A program made the translations under genes and the position numbers. Positions 36,701 through 45,528 of a stretch of 64,000 bases of DNA are shown piece after piece (the stretch's first letter is position 1; every line of letters starts with the position of its first letter). Origin of the DNA: Candidatus Latescibacterota bacterium (lineage in GTDB: Bacteria > Latescibacterota > UBA2968 > UBA8231); assembly GCA_965248355.1 (NCBI GenBank), contig OZ252098.1, positions 1,408,001 through 1,472,000 on the forward strand, in the 5' to 3' direction. The notes under the pieces are model-generated. The model was not told the DNA's origin. It was given only the letters and a program-made list of their open reading frames with translations, and searched no databases.

Positions 36701-38608
36701 CTCGGGCGTGGCCGAGCGCCTCGGCAGCAGCCGCAGCCGGCCGTCGATGGCGACCCGGCCGTCGGGCAGGTTCTTGTCGTGGGCGGGACCGAGCTTCTCC
36801 CACTCGGACCCGAAGAGGCCGGGGTCGGCCAGGGCCCGGGTGAGGACGTGGTTGATCATCTCGCTCTGGCGGGCCACGTTGCCGAAGTCGACCCGGTCGG
36901 GGCGGTCCAGGGGGCTGTCGAGGGCCGACCGCCGGTCGGTGGTGGTCACCAGGTTGAGGGCCACCAGACCCACGTCGCGGGCGATCTCGCCGTCCTCGCG
37001 GTAGACGTCCTCGTCGAGGTAGCTGTCCCACGACAGGCCCTTGATGGGGCTGACGAGGTTGACGAGGCCCCGGGGCTCGCGTCCGAGATCCGCGGCCGCG
37101 CCGGCGGCATGGCGCGAGAAGCTGCGCCCGAGGGCGACGAAGAACCGGCGGTGGGCGGACGCACGGGCGCTGTGCACCAGACCGACCTGGTCGGACTGGC
37201 TCGACAGGTCGAGGGCCAGGAAGAGATTGATGTCGAGGCTGTCCGGCTCCAGGCGGATGCCGAGGGAGTCCGGCTTGATGCGCCGGCGCTTCAACTGGGC
37301 CCTGAGCCGCGGCAGGTCGACGGACTCGAGGACCGGTCCGCCGGCCGTGTCGCGCAGCCGCACCCCCAGGGTGTCGAGGGGGATGGCGAGGGCGTCGGTC
37401 TGCCGGACCAGCTTGTCGACCTTCAGGGAATCGGCGACGAAGCGCTTCGGCATGCGGCCGCGGAAGGGGGCCAGCCGGCGCGCGTGCTTGTTGAGCCACT
37501 GGAACAGCCCCCTGTCGCCCTGGAAGTGGGAGCCCGTGGCCACCAGCACCACCGAGCGCGCCGGCGGGTGGTCGCGCAGGTGGCGCGCCAGCTCGAGGAG
37601 GGCGGCGATGCCGCAGGCGCTCTCGGCGGCCGGCGCCTCCGAGGGAACCACCGAAAGCCCGTCGTAGTAGGCGTGGACGGCGACCAGCTCCTCGGCAAGG
37701 CCGGGCGTGGTGCCGGGCACGCGGCCCCATATCGCCCAGGTCGTGTGCCTCTCGAAGTCCATGCGCGCCCGCAGATGCACGGCGATCTCGCCGTCGCCGA
37801 GGCGCTGCCGCAGACGCAGGGCCGCCTGCCGCCCGAGCCAGAACCTCGGCACGTCGACGGGGGTCCAGCTCCACTTGGTGCGCGACTCGAAGTTCGTCGT
37901 CTCCTCGGGCTCGACGAAGATGATCGCCTGGGCGCCGAGAGCGGCCGCGTTCTTCCAGTTCGTCCAGGTGTTGAACTCCATGAGGACGACGGCGCCCTCC
38001 ATGGCATGGCCGTTGAAGTCGGCGTGCTCCCCGGCGCCGCCGTAGAACAGGTGCCCGCGCCGGCCCTCGGGCCCGAGGGTGTTGGTGCGCACCAGGTTCG
38101 GCCACAACGACTGCAGCGGGATCCTCTCCACCACGCCGCCGCCCTCGTCGAGCAGCTCCAGGGAGGCGCCGTGGTCCATGGGCACGACGATCTCGTAGGG
38201 CTCGCGCTGCACCTCGCGGACCCCCGCGGCGCGCAGCTCCCGCTCCACGAAGTAGGCGGCGAAGCGGTCGCCCGGGTAGCCGGCGATCCGCGACCCGTGG
38301 GAGGAGAGCTGGCGGATGGTGTGGGCGATCCGGCCGAAGGCGTCGCCCTCCGCGGGGGCCGCGGCCTTGGCCGGGGCCGTCTCCGCGGCGGAAACCAGGG
38401 CCGGCGCTGCGAGGGCGGCCAAGGCCAGCGCCGACAGGAGCGCCAAGGCAGCGCGCCGGCCGCTCCGGGGGCGCGGCCCGGGAGGGACCGGTGGCGCGAG
38501 GGCCGCCAGGCCGGTGAGAACCCGGCCACTCCAGAGGCGCGGCCGAGGAAGGGGCGGCGGCGCGGCGTCCCAAGCCGCGGCGCGGTGGAGGCGCATCCCG
38601 GCCTTCAT
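33791..38608 (-). CDS. PA/M28-peptidase-like ectodomain fused to MacB/FtsX-like permease (1605 aa)
   Basis: Hydrophobic signal-like segment, SRIAGYPG, PA-like YGGAG..GAVVLMEFN, VHAYYD, GIAALLELA, and FtsX-like LNTMMGAVYERFREIGVYSSVGL..LFVAES. ATG overlaps the upstream stop. Confidence 0.78.
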   Translation of the reverse strand: MKAGMRLHRAAAWDAAPPPLPRPRLWSGRVLTGLAALAPPVPPGPRPRSGRRAALALLSALALAALAAPALVSAAETAPAKAAAPAEGDAFGRIAHTIRQLSSHGSRIAGYPGDRFAAYFVERELRAAGVREVQREPYEIVVPMDHGASLELLDEGGGVVERIPLQSLWPNLVRTNTLGPEGRRGHLFYGGAGEHADFNGHAMEGAVVLMEFNTWTNWKNAAALGAQAIIFVEPEETTNFESRTKWSWTPVDVPRFWLGRQAALRLRQRLGDGEIAVHLRARMDFERHTTWAIWGRVPGTTPGLAEELVAVHAYYDGLSVVPSEAPAAESACGIAALLELARHLRDHPPARSVVLVATGSHFQGDRGLFQWLNKHARRLAPFRGRMPKRFVADSLKVDKLVRQTDALAIPLDTLGVRLRDTAGGPVLESVDLPRLRAQLKRRRIKPDSLGIRLEPDSLDINLFLALDLSSQSDQVGLVHSARASAHRRFFVALGRSFSRHAAGAAADLGREPRGLVNLVSPIKGLSWDSYLDEDVYREDGEIARDVGLVALNLVTTTDRRSALDSPLDRPDRVDFGNVARQSEMINHVLTRALADPGLFGSEWEKLGPAHDKNLPDGRVAIDGRLRLLPRRSATPEDPVPHGAVVLLHDYYPDMWRPWIALADDEGNYAVNGLSRGRMEVHAFLLDEETGEITYATDLGDRAQKIGAWRQGLTKAETVWTTILFETESIEIHDRIHAGFHFTFGNSHRGMKVLDDRGAVPRQYGYVMGDFLERMMVLYGPPEEPLRLVDKSMVLLNNTGAVDELSAQGAGFDLSRRRMIPYATLQSTRDMWRLDEVRMERMREFAIENPRLDALHQRALVAVEKAEEAMAGLDWGRYAKYVREAIGLEYRAYPDVRSTQNDIITGLVFFVALLVPAAFFAERLLFAAPDIRRQIAWFTAIMLVIWVILSQVHPAFELAHPVIVLLALMVMAMAIFVITLVVSRFNAYMAELRQRSAGTASGDLSRSGTAYVAFMLGISNMRRRVLRTGLTLTTITMLTFTVLSFTSFKPAIRFVGFEKDWEPLYRGVLMHDIHWWSWEPPVYDYLHSHFGEAGTVVARTWMTMGFEEEGYIPMRFRGREADALGVLGLTPAEPEVTGIDRALTAGRWFVDPGESSTILAAPLAEQLGISEEEVERGEGPLVRVFGQGWQVVGIYDPLLFEEVRDLNNEPLTPAKEQFEQFNMPGLDQMFMMNDFFMDADIDVGYEHLSAARLAVMPYARLESLGAELMSVAISFDDEVPSRQLIEEYLTRANFRLFVGMPDEEGEPRTYAYSSIGLTSVEGLGALVIPILIAALIVLNTMMGAVYERFREIGVYSSVGLAPVHIAFLFVAESCVYGVLGVVIGYVLGQVGGKVLLSLGLLGGVSLNYSSTAAIGSALLVIAVVLLSSVYPARTAAQLAVPDVVRRWQLPDPEDDVWRFPFPFTVNVKAVDSLCGYLHSFFCSYGHESVGHMYTERTRIVVEEGERAVQLLLWLAPFDMGVSQYLQFTIAPTGNPSICEIQLYIERVSGPVAFWQRLNLGFMLEMRKRFLVWQTLKTDIQEEHAVHCREVSLPAGELELDPVEEIS

Positions 38609-39327
38609 GACGCGCCGGTCCGCCTTCGGAAGCAGGCGTCCCAGTCGGCGGTGGGCTCGAAGCCGAGGATGCGGCGCGCCTTCTCGAAGGTGTAGATCCC
38701 GGGGCCGCGGAAGGAGAGGACGTTGAAGCTCTGGAAGTCGTCCGGGATCTCCTCCGCCTCCAGGGCCAGCCGGCAGATGTGGTGCAGGTCCTGCCAGACC
38801 ACGGTGAAGGCGGGCGCGTCCCGGGGCTCGGCCGCGGGCTCCGGCGCCGGGCCCAGACCGTTGAAGACGAAGTAGGCGGTCTGGATGCCGTGGGCCTGGG
38901 CGAAGACCCGGCAGATCTCGGCGCTCAGCCACTTGGAGAGGACGTAGCAGCCGGTGCCCGGCGCGGCGGGCGCGTCGTCGACGCCGAAGTCGTGATCGTA
39001 GGCCGAGCGCACGGCCTGGGGGCCGGAGTGGATGACCTTGCGGATGCCCAGCTCGGCGGCGGCCTTCATCACGTGCCAGGCGCCGGCGGTGTTGACGTCG
39101 AAGCTGTCCACGGGGTGCTCGCGCACGACCGTGAAGTTCATGATCGCGTCCATGCCCCGGGCCGCCTCCAGCACCTGCTCGTAGGAGCGCACGTCCACCC
39201 TCTCCACAGGGCGGCCCTCCGGGTGGTCCTGCACGTCGGTGAGGCGCAGCTCGTAGTCCTTCTCCAGGCCCGGGGTGAGATAGGGCCCGACCAGACCGGA
39301 GGCGCCCAGGAAAAGGATCTTCTTCAT
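38605..39327 (-). CDS. NAD-dependent epimerase/dehydratase (uronate dehydrogenase-like SDR)
   Basis: MKKILFLGASGLVG, FDVNTAG, YVLSK. Confidence 0.85.
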   Translation of the reverse strand: MKKILFLGASGLVGPYLTPGLEKDYELRLTDVQDHPEGRPVERVDVRSYEQVLEAARGMDAIMNFTVVREHPVDSFDVNTAGAWHVMKAAAELGIRKVIHSGPQAVRSAYDHDFGVDDAPAAPGTGCYVLSKWLSAEICRVFAQAHGIQTAYFVFNGLGPAPEPAAEPRDAPAFTVVWQDLHHICRLALEAEEIPDDFQSFNVLSFRGPGIYTFEKARRILGFEPTADWDACFRRRTGAS

Positions 39328-40094
39328 GCGCCGGCTCCGGCCGCCCACTGGCGGTGGAAGTCGTGCCGGGGCTCGAAGCCCATCTCGCGAATACCGTCGA
39401 GGAGGAACTTCGGGTGCGGGGGCTGATGGCAGACGTGCCGCACCTGCCAGCGCCCCACCCAGTTGCGGGACCCCGCCCGGTCCCGGCCCAGGGCCAGCTC
39501 CACGGCGGCGGCCGCATCCCGCGGATCGAGCCAGGTCAGGTCCGGTTCGGTGCCCTCGGCGACTTCGTCCTCGCGGGCCAGGCGTCCCAGCCGCAGCACG
39601 GTGACGGTGACGGCGTGGTCGCGGGCGAACTCCCGGGTGACCTGCTCGGCCAGGTGATACGCCAGGCGACTCATGGCCGTCCCCGGCCGCGGACGCTGTT
39701 GCTCGGAGACGTACACGTCGTCCGGGACCTCGTGGAACACCTCCAGGGAGCTGCAGTAGACGAGGCGCGACACACCCGACTCGACTGCGGCCTGCAGCAG
39801 GGCGCGGGTCCCGCGCGTGGCCCGGTCGAGGAGGGCGCGCTCGCACTCGTAGGAATCGGCGGGCGGAAGAGCGGGAGGCCCGGCCGGGCCGGTATGGACG
39901 ATGGCGTCGACCCCGGCCACCGCGAGGCAGGCGCCGTCGGCATCGTACAGGTCGGCGTCGACGACCTCGAGGCCGGAGGCGTCCGGTGCTTCGGCGCCCG
40001 GGGGGCGGGCGACCCGGAGCCGGTGATCCCCGGAGAGCCTGTCCAGGAGGACGCGGCCCATGCGGCTCGTACCCTCGGATACAAGAATCCGCAT
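39324..40094 (-). CDS. NAD-dependent epimerase/dehydratase-family protein, degenerate motifs
   Basis: MRILVSEGTSRMGR, GVDAIVH, RLVYCSS, VLRLG. The canonical YxxxK is not evident. Confidence 0.7.
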   Translation of the reverse strand: MRILVSEGTSRMGRVLLDRLSGDHRLRVARPPGAEAPDASGLEVVDADLYDADGACLAVAGVDAIVHTGPAGPPALPPADSYECERALLDRATRGTRALLQAAVESGVSRLVYCSSLEVFHEVPDDVYVSEQQRPRPGTAMSRLAYHLAEQVTREFARDHAVTVTVLRLGRLAREDEVAEGTEPDLTWLDPRDAAAAVELALGRDRAGSRNWVGRWQVRHVCHQPPHPKFLLDGIREMGFEPRHDFHRQWAAGAGA

Positions 40095-40184
40095 GTCGGG
40101 GACAACTCCGGTGAGGATCCGCGCTCGGGCCCGCGCGCGAGTTGGGGAAGGGCTGCCGGCAGAGTGAGTTACGCCGGAAGCGGC

Positions 40185-40214
40185 AACCTACCGACGCCCC
40201 GGAGGGGCTGTCAA
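40185..40214 (-). promoter_or_regulatory. Putative sigma70 promoter of the SDR-SDR-FtsX-OPT operon
   Basis: Minus strand TTGACA-18 nt-TAGGTT. Confidence 0.45.
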
Positions 40215-41416
40215 GCCAAGGGGCCCGGGCCCGCGGCGGGGTCCTGTCCGCAGAAGTTCAGGGCGGTGGCCGCGTAGACCCGCGCCACCCGCACCAGCTC
40301 GGCCACGGGGACCCGTTCGCCGGTGGTGTGGGCCCCGGTCGCCGCCGGACCATGGGTGATGGCGGGGATCCCGGCTTGCGCGCAGAAGCGGTTGCCGTCA
40401 TCGAGGAAGGGCTTGTCCGCCCAGGGCAGGGCGGCGCCGTCCATGGCCTCCACCGCGCCTTGGAAAGCCCTCACGAGGGGGTCCTCCGGGCGCAGCTCGA
40501 AGGCCTCCCCCACGATCTGGAACTCCACCCGGGCCTCGGCGCCGAAGCGGGAGGCCACGGACCCGGCCAGGGCCGCCAGCTCCTCGCGGACCGTCTCGCC
40601 CCGGCCTTGGGAGACCCATCGGCGCGTGCCCTGGAGCCGGCAGGCCACCGGGGCCTGGTTGAAGATCTCCCCCGACCCGAGCTTGCCCACGAAGACGGAG
40701 TCCCGGCCGCTCACCTCGTGGCGGGTCTGGCTCAGGCGCGCGTCCAGATCTCTAAGCTCCCCCACCAGGGCGGCCCCGGCGGCGACCACGTCCGGGGTCT
40801 CCGGGGGCCGCAGGACCTCGTGCACGGCCTCCCCCGGCCGGGTCAGGCGGATGTCGAAGACGCCCATGCCGCGGCCCGCTCCCGGCAGCCGGTCGGCCAG
40901 GTACTCGGGCAGGAGCACGCCGTCGCCCACGTATCCCTCCCGGATGAGGGCCGCCAGCTGACGGCCGTCCCCCCAGGGAGCCTCGTGGTGGTCGTGGGCG
41001 GTGAGCAGGATCCCGCCGGCCCGCGGCAGGCCGGAGTCGCGCAGGGCGCGCAGGGCCTCCACGGCGGCGGCGATTCCGCCCTTCATGTCCGCCGACCCCG
41101 AGCCCGTGAGCACGCCGCCGCGGACGGCCGGCGGCTCGAAGGGCAGGTGCACGATGTCCAGGTGGCCGTTGAACTGCAGCCAGCGCCCCGGGGCGCCGCT
41201 GTCGAGACGGGCGACGACCGCCGGCGACTCCGGCCAGTCGGCGGCCGGACGCTCCACCTCGAAGCCGTCCGCCCGCAACCGCCGGTCCAGCCGCTCCGCC
41301 GCTTCCCCGGCGGATCTCGTGGGGCTGGCCGCGGCGACCAGGTCCACCGCGGTCTCCAGCAGGCGAGTCTCGTCGACGGCCTCGGCCACGGCGCGGTGAT
41401 CAGCAGCGCCGGTCAT
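40211..41416 (-). CDS. M20-family metallohydrolase (ArgE/DapE-like)
   Basis: FNGHLDIV, GSGSADMKGG, HDHHE, GP..TGAHTTGE. RBS GAGGAG. Confidence 0.88.
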   Translation of the reverse strand: MTGAADHRAVAEAVDETRLLETAVDLVAAASPTRSAGEAAERLDRRLRADGFEVERPAADWPESPAVVARLDSGAPGRWLQFNGHLDIVHLPFEPPAVRGGVLTGSGSADMKGGIAAAVEALRALRDSGLPRAGGILLTAHDHHEAPWGDGRQLAALIREGYVGDGVLLPEYLADRLPGAGRGMGVFDIRLTRPGEAVHEVLRPPETPDVVAAGAALVGELRDLDARLSQTRHEVSGRDSVFVGKLGSGEIFNQAPVACRLQGTRRWVSQGRGETVREELAALAGSVASRFGAEARVEFQIVGEAFELRPEDPLVRAFQGAVEAMDGAALPWADKPFLDDGNRFCAQAGIPAITHGPAATGAHTTGERVPVAELVRVARVYAATALNFCGQDPAAGPGPLA

Positions 41417-41484
41417 GCTGTTCTCCTCCTCCACGGCCTCTCCCCTTTCACTGTCACGGGAACTTTGGTAGTCTAAGCCGCACC

Positions 41485-43074
41485 ATGCGCCCGACACCAC
41501 CACCCTACGGCATCATCTACAACTGGGACGGGGCCCCTCACGGGTACGACGAGGTCCCCCAGTCTATGGAGTCCTTCCTGGAGCGCGTCTACGCGCCGGT
41601 GGAACAGACCCAGGTGGGCGCCCTGTTCTGGTGCGTCGGCGAGCACGGGGCGCGCTGGCCCTCGACCGTCCTGGAGCAGCTCGGCGACATCCACTCGCGG
41701 CGCTACGAAGGGGCCGGCCCCCTGGCGCACACCGAGAACATCCGCCTCATGGTCGAGCGCGGGGAGGACCCGCAGGCGGCGCTCATCGAACGCGGCCGCA
41801 GCCTGGGGCTGCAGGTCTACGCCTCGATGCGCATGAACGACAACCACTTCAACGGCGCCCAGGTCTCCGACCTGCCCACCCTGCACCACACGGAGATGAC
41901 CGACCTGCGGCGCCAGCACCCCGAGTGGCTCCTGGGCTCCCGCACCTCCGAGTGGTTCGCCCTCTCCTGGGACATGTCGGTCCCCGAGGTGCGCCGCCAC
42001 CGGCTCGAGCACATCCGCGAGGTCTGCGAGCGCTACGACTGGGACGGCGTCGAGCTGGACTGGCAGCGCCACGCCTTCCACCTGCCCGCCGACGACGCCT
42101 TCCGCCTGCGCTACGTCCTCACCGACCTGCAGCGGGCCGTGCGCCGCTGCGCCGACGAGATCGGCCGGAAGCGCGGGAGGCCGCTGTTCGTGGCCGTGCG
42201 GGTCGCCGGCAACCTGCACATGTGCGAGCAGCTCGGCTACGACCTGCCCGCCTGGCTGGAGGAGGGTCTGGTGGACCTCGTCGCGGCCGGCGGCGGGGCG
42301 GCCACCGACCCCGACGTGGACGTGGCCGGTTTCACCGACCTCTGCAGGACCCATGGCGTGCCCATGTACCCCGGCTTCGACGGCGGCCTCCCCGACCCCT
42401 GGGTCGGCCCCGAGCCGGCCGATGACAAGGACCGGCTGCGCACCCGCGCCATCGCCGCCCGCCACTGGCACCAGGGCGCCGACGGGATCTACGCCTTCAA
42501 CTGGCACGCCGGCCGGAACAACCGCCGCGAGCTGCTGAACCAGGTCGGCAGCCCGGAGAGCCTGGCCGCCACCGACAAGGTCCATGCCGCCACCCACCGG
42601 TTCCTCCAGCACGAGGGGGATTGGCGCGGCGCCTACAGCAACGACCGCGTGCGGGGCACGGTCCCGGTGGCCCTCAAGGAGACGATCACCGAATCCGGCC
42701 CGCTGATCCTCCTCGACGTGGCCGACGACTTCGAGACCCACCCGCCCCGCGCCCTGGAGCTGCGCCTCCACCTGAGCGAGTGGGCCCGGGGCGACGAGGT
42801 CACCGTCCGCTGGGACGGCGCCGAGCTGCCGGCGCCCACCGTGACCTACGACACCACCGGCGATCCCCACGGGATCTCGGGGGTGCAGGCCGCCGCGTGG
42901 GTGCGATTCGCACTGGCCCCCGGCCAGGTGAAAGGTGGGCGGCATGGCGTCGAGGTCATCCTGCGGCGACGTCATCCGCAGATGGCCTGCGATCTCGTGT
43001 TGACCGACGTGGAGCTGGTGGTGGCCTACTCGGAAGGCCTGGCCGGCACCCTGCTGGAAGCCGCCGGCTCCTGA
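41485..43074 (+). CDS. GHL10-like TIM-barrel protein
   Basis: IIYNWDG, VYASMRMND, HPEWL, PEVR, YDWDGVELDW, GADGIYAFN. Confidence 0.7.
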   Translation: MRPTPPPYGIIYNWDGAPHGYDEVPQSMESFLERVYAPVEQTQVGALFWCVGEHGARWPSTVLEQLGDIHSRRYEGAGPLAHTENIRLMVERGEDPQAALIERGRSLGLQVYASMRMNDNHFNGAQVSDLPTLHHTEMTDLRRQHPEWLLGSRTSEWFALSWDMSVPEVRRHRLEHIREVCERYDWDGVELDWQRHAFHLPADDAFRLRYVLTDLQRAVRRCADEIGRKRGRPLFVAVRVAGNLHMCEQLGYDLPAWLEEGLVDLVAAGGGAATDPDVDVAGFTDLCRTHGVPMYPGFDGGLPDPWVGPEPADDKDRLRTRAIAARHWHQGADGIYAFNWHAGRNNRRELLNQVGSPESLAATDKVHAATHRFLQHEGDWRGAYSNDRVRGTVPVALKETITESGPLILLDVADDFETHPPRALELRLHLSEWARGDEVTVRWDGAELPAPTVTYDTTGDPHGISGVQAAAWVRFALAPGQVKGGRHGVEVILRRRHPQMACDLVLTDVELVVAYSEGLAGTLLEAAGS

Positions 43075-43400
43075 CGGCCGCCCGACGCCTGGGCGCCTGA
43101 GACCCGTTGCAACCCCCTCTCCGTTGAAGATCACCGCCCTCGAGCTGACGCCGGTGCGCACCCACCGCGAGATGGGACGCCGCGCCCCCAGCGATCCCGA
43201 GCCGGCCGAGTCCCGCCACGTGGTCGTGCAGCTCCACACCAACGCGGGCGTGACCGGGCTCGGCGAGATGTCGGATGTGGGCTGGGAGTTGGACGCCGGA
43301 TCCGCCGCCCGCCTGCAGGCCGCCCTGGAGCCGCTGCTGCTCGGCGCCGACGCCTGGCGCCGGGGCCCGCTGCTGGAAGAGCTATCGCGCCGTCCCTGGG

Positions 43401-43907
43401 GGAAGTGTACCCCGTCAACTGGACAGGAATTGGGCTTGTACAAGCGAGAGTCTCGAGGGGAGGGTCCAGTTCGGCGAGGAATTCTTCAAAGCTCATCGGG
43501 CCCAGATGTAAGTATTGAATGCGCCCTACGGGCATGGTAAAGGTGTGGGAGCCCGCGGCGACAACCGGCAACTCGGGGTGGTCCTCGAGGAAATAGCGCA
43601 GGGCGGGCAGGGCGTGGGGGGTCGCCTGGATTTCGTCGAGGAAGAGTATGCTGCCCGGTGCCAACAGCGGTTGATCCAGGAGCCCTTGGAGTTCCCGGCG
43701 GATGTGCCTCAGGTCCAAGGTCTGGAACACGGGGTCCAGGTCCGGGTGGCGCTCGAGGTTGATTTCGTTGAGGTGCAGGTGATTGGACTGGGCGAATTGT
43801 CGCACCAGGGTGGATTTGCCCACTTGACGGGCCCCGCGGATGACCAGCGGCTTTCGCTGTGGAGCGGCCAGCCATTTGGCCAGAGCGCGTTCAGCCGACC
43901 TGTACAT
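43401..43907 (-). pseudogene. Truncated AAA_14-type ATPase (DUF4143-associated family) inserted in the enolase-family gene
   Basis: RKPLVIRGARQVGKST, LFLDEIQ, LRYF, AAGS, PVGR, LGPMSFEEFL. C-terminal two-thirds missing. Confidence 0.85.
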
Positions 43908-43917
43908 GATGAATAAG

Positions 43918-43962
43918 AATGCCCCCGTTTTCGTGCGTATAGCGTACGAAAACGGGGGCATT
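43918..43962. promoter_or_regulatory. Perfect 17-bp inverted repeat upstream of the AAA ATPase (operator-like)
   Basis: AATGCCCCCGTTTTCGT-11 nt-ACGAAAACGGGGGCATT, with TTGCAA adjacent on the minus strand. Confidence 0.6.
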
Positions 43963-45528
43963 TTGCAAGGAGGGCGCCGAGCTGCCGGCGCCCACCGTGA
44001 CCTACTGCTGGAGGAGCTGTCGCGCCGTCCCTGGGAGCACCAGGTCCTCTGCGGCATCGACATGGCCGTGCACGACGCGGTGGCGCGTGAGCTCGGCGTG
44101 CCTCTAACCGCCCTCCTCGGGGGCGCCTTTCGCGACCGCGTCCCCTTCGCCTATCCCCTCGCCTGCTGCCGGGACGAGGCGACGTGGCGGCCAACCTCGA
44201 CCGCATCGAGCGCCGCCTCGGCGAGGGGCATGGCGCCTTCCGCTACTACTTCGGCGTCGACCTGGATTGTGACGAGAGCCTCCTCGACCGGGCCCGCTCC
44301 CGCTGGGGCGACGGCCTGACGCTGACCGCCCTCGACGCCAGCGGCCGCTTCTCGCCCGCCGACGCCGTGGCGGCGCTGAAACGCCTGGCGCCCTTTGCTC
44401 CGGACGTCTTCGAGTCCCCGGTGCGCGGCCGGCACCGTGCGCCGGCGGAGGACTTCCTGGCGGTGAAGGCCGAGATCGACGTGCCGATCTCCGAGCACAC
44501 GGCCGACGAAGCCTCAGCCCTGCGGATGGCCCGGGCCGGCGCCGTGGACGTCTTCAACACCGGACTCGGGTACGCCGGCATCGAGCCCTGCCGCCGCACC
44601 TTCGCCATGGCCCGCCAGTTCGGTCTGGGAACGCTGATGGGCAGCACCGTGGAGATGTCGATCGGCACCGCCGCGAGAGTCCACGTGGCGGCGGCCACGG
44701 CGAACCTCGATCACGGCTGCTACATGGCGGGCCCCTTGGTGTACCACGAGGACCTAACCGTGGAGCCGGTCCGCTACGAAGAGGGGCAGGTGCTGGTGCC
44801 CGACGGCCCGGGGCTGGGCGTCGAGCTGGATCCCGAGAAGCTGCGGGCGCTGCAGATCTGAGCGGCGCTATTCGATGCGGCTCCAGCCTCTCATCGAAGC
44901 AGAGTCAGTTTCCTCATCTTGACGACATCGCCCGCGACGAGACGGGCCAGGTACACCCCGCTGGCAAGGGATTCGTGCCCTTCGGTGTCCCACACGGCCT
45001 CGTAGGCGCCGGGAGAGTGCATCCCGTTGGCCAGAGAGGCCATCGGCTGACCGAGGGCATTGTAGATGGTCAGCGTTACCTGACCGTCCCGGGAGACCGT
45101 GTAAGGAATCCTCGTCTCGCCGTTGAAGGGGTTGGGATAGTTGCTGTGCAAGGCAGATACGGACGGTTCGGAGAGATGGTGCACAGCTGTCCTGGCAGGG
45201 AGGTAGAGGGCGATGCTTTCTGGACGTTCGTTGTTTCGCCCATAGAGGAAGTGTTCAAAATAAACGGAATGCGCATCTATTTCGTCCCTGTCCAACCGAT
45301 GGAGACTCACCCAATCCGCCGCCTGCAATGGGCCCAGCGGACTCGATTGCCAAGTCATCCAGTATACCCGATCACGAGCCAGGGCGATGGGAGTGCGGTC
45401 CCATACAAGAAAGCCATGTGGGTCTCGGTAAAGGCTTTCCCTTTCACCGCCATCCGAATCAATCCTCCACAATCCCTTTTCGTCTGCCCAGTAGATCAAC
45501 TCTTGTTGACCATCAACAGCAATGTCGT

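Larger units (their letters stand above)
43124..44861 (+). pseudogene. Mandelate racemase/muconate lactonizing enzyme-family gene, interrupted
   Basis: N-part MKITALE..GVTGLGEMSD runs to 43400. It resumes at about 44005 (GIDMAVHD..ELGVP..LLGG), has a frameshift near 44180, and ends VPDGPGLGVELD. Confidence 0.85.

Noticed and set aside
31076..38695. 2539-aa plus-strand ORF and many other long Arg/Gly/Pro- or Val/Asp/His-rich ORFs
   Set aside because: Antisense or off-frame shadows of real genes in very high-GC DNA, with no recognisable motifs.
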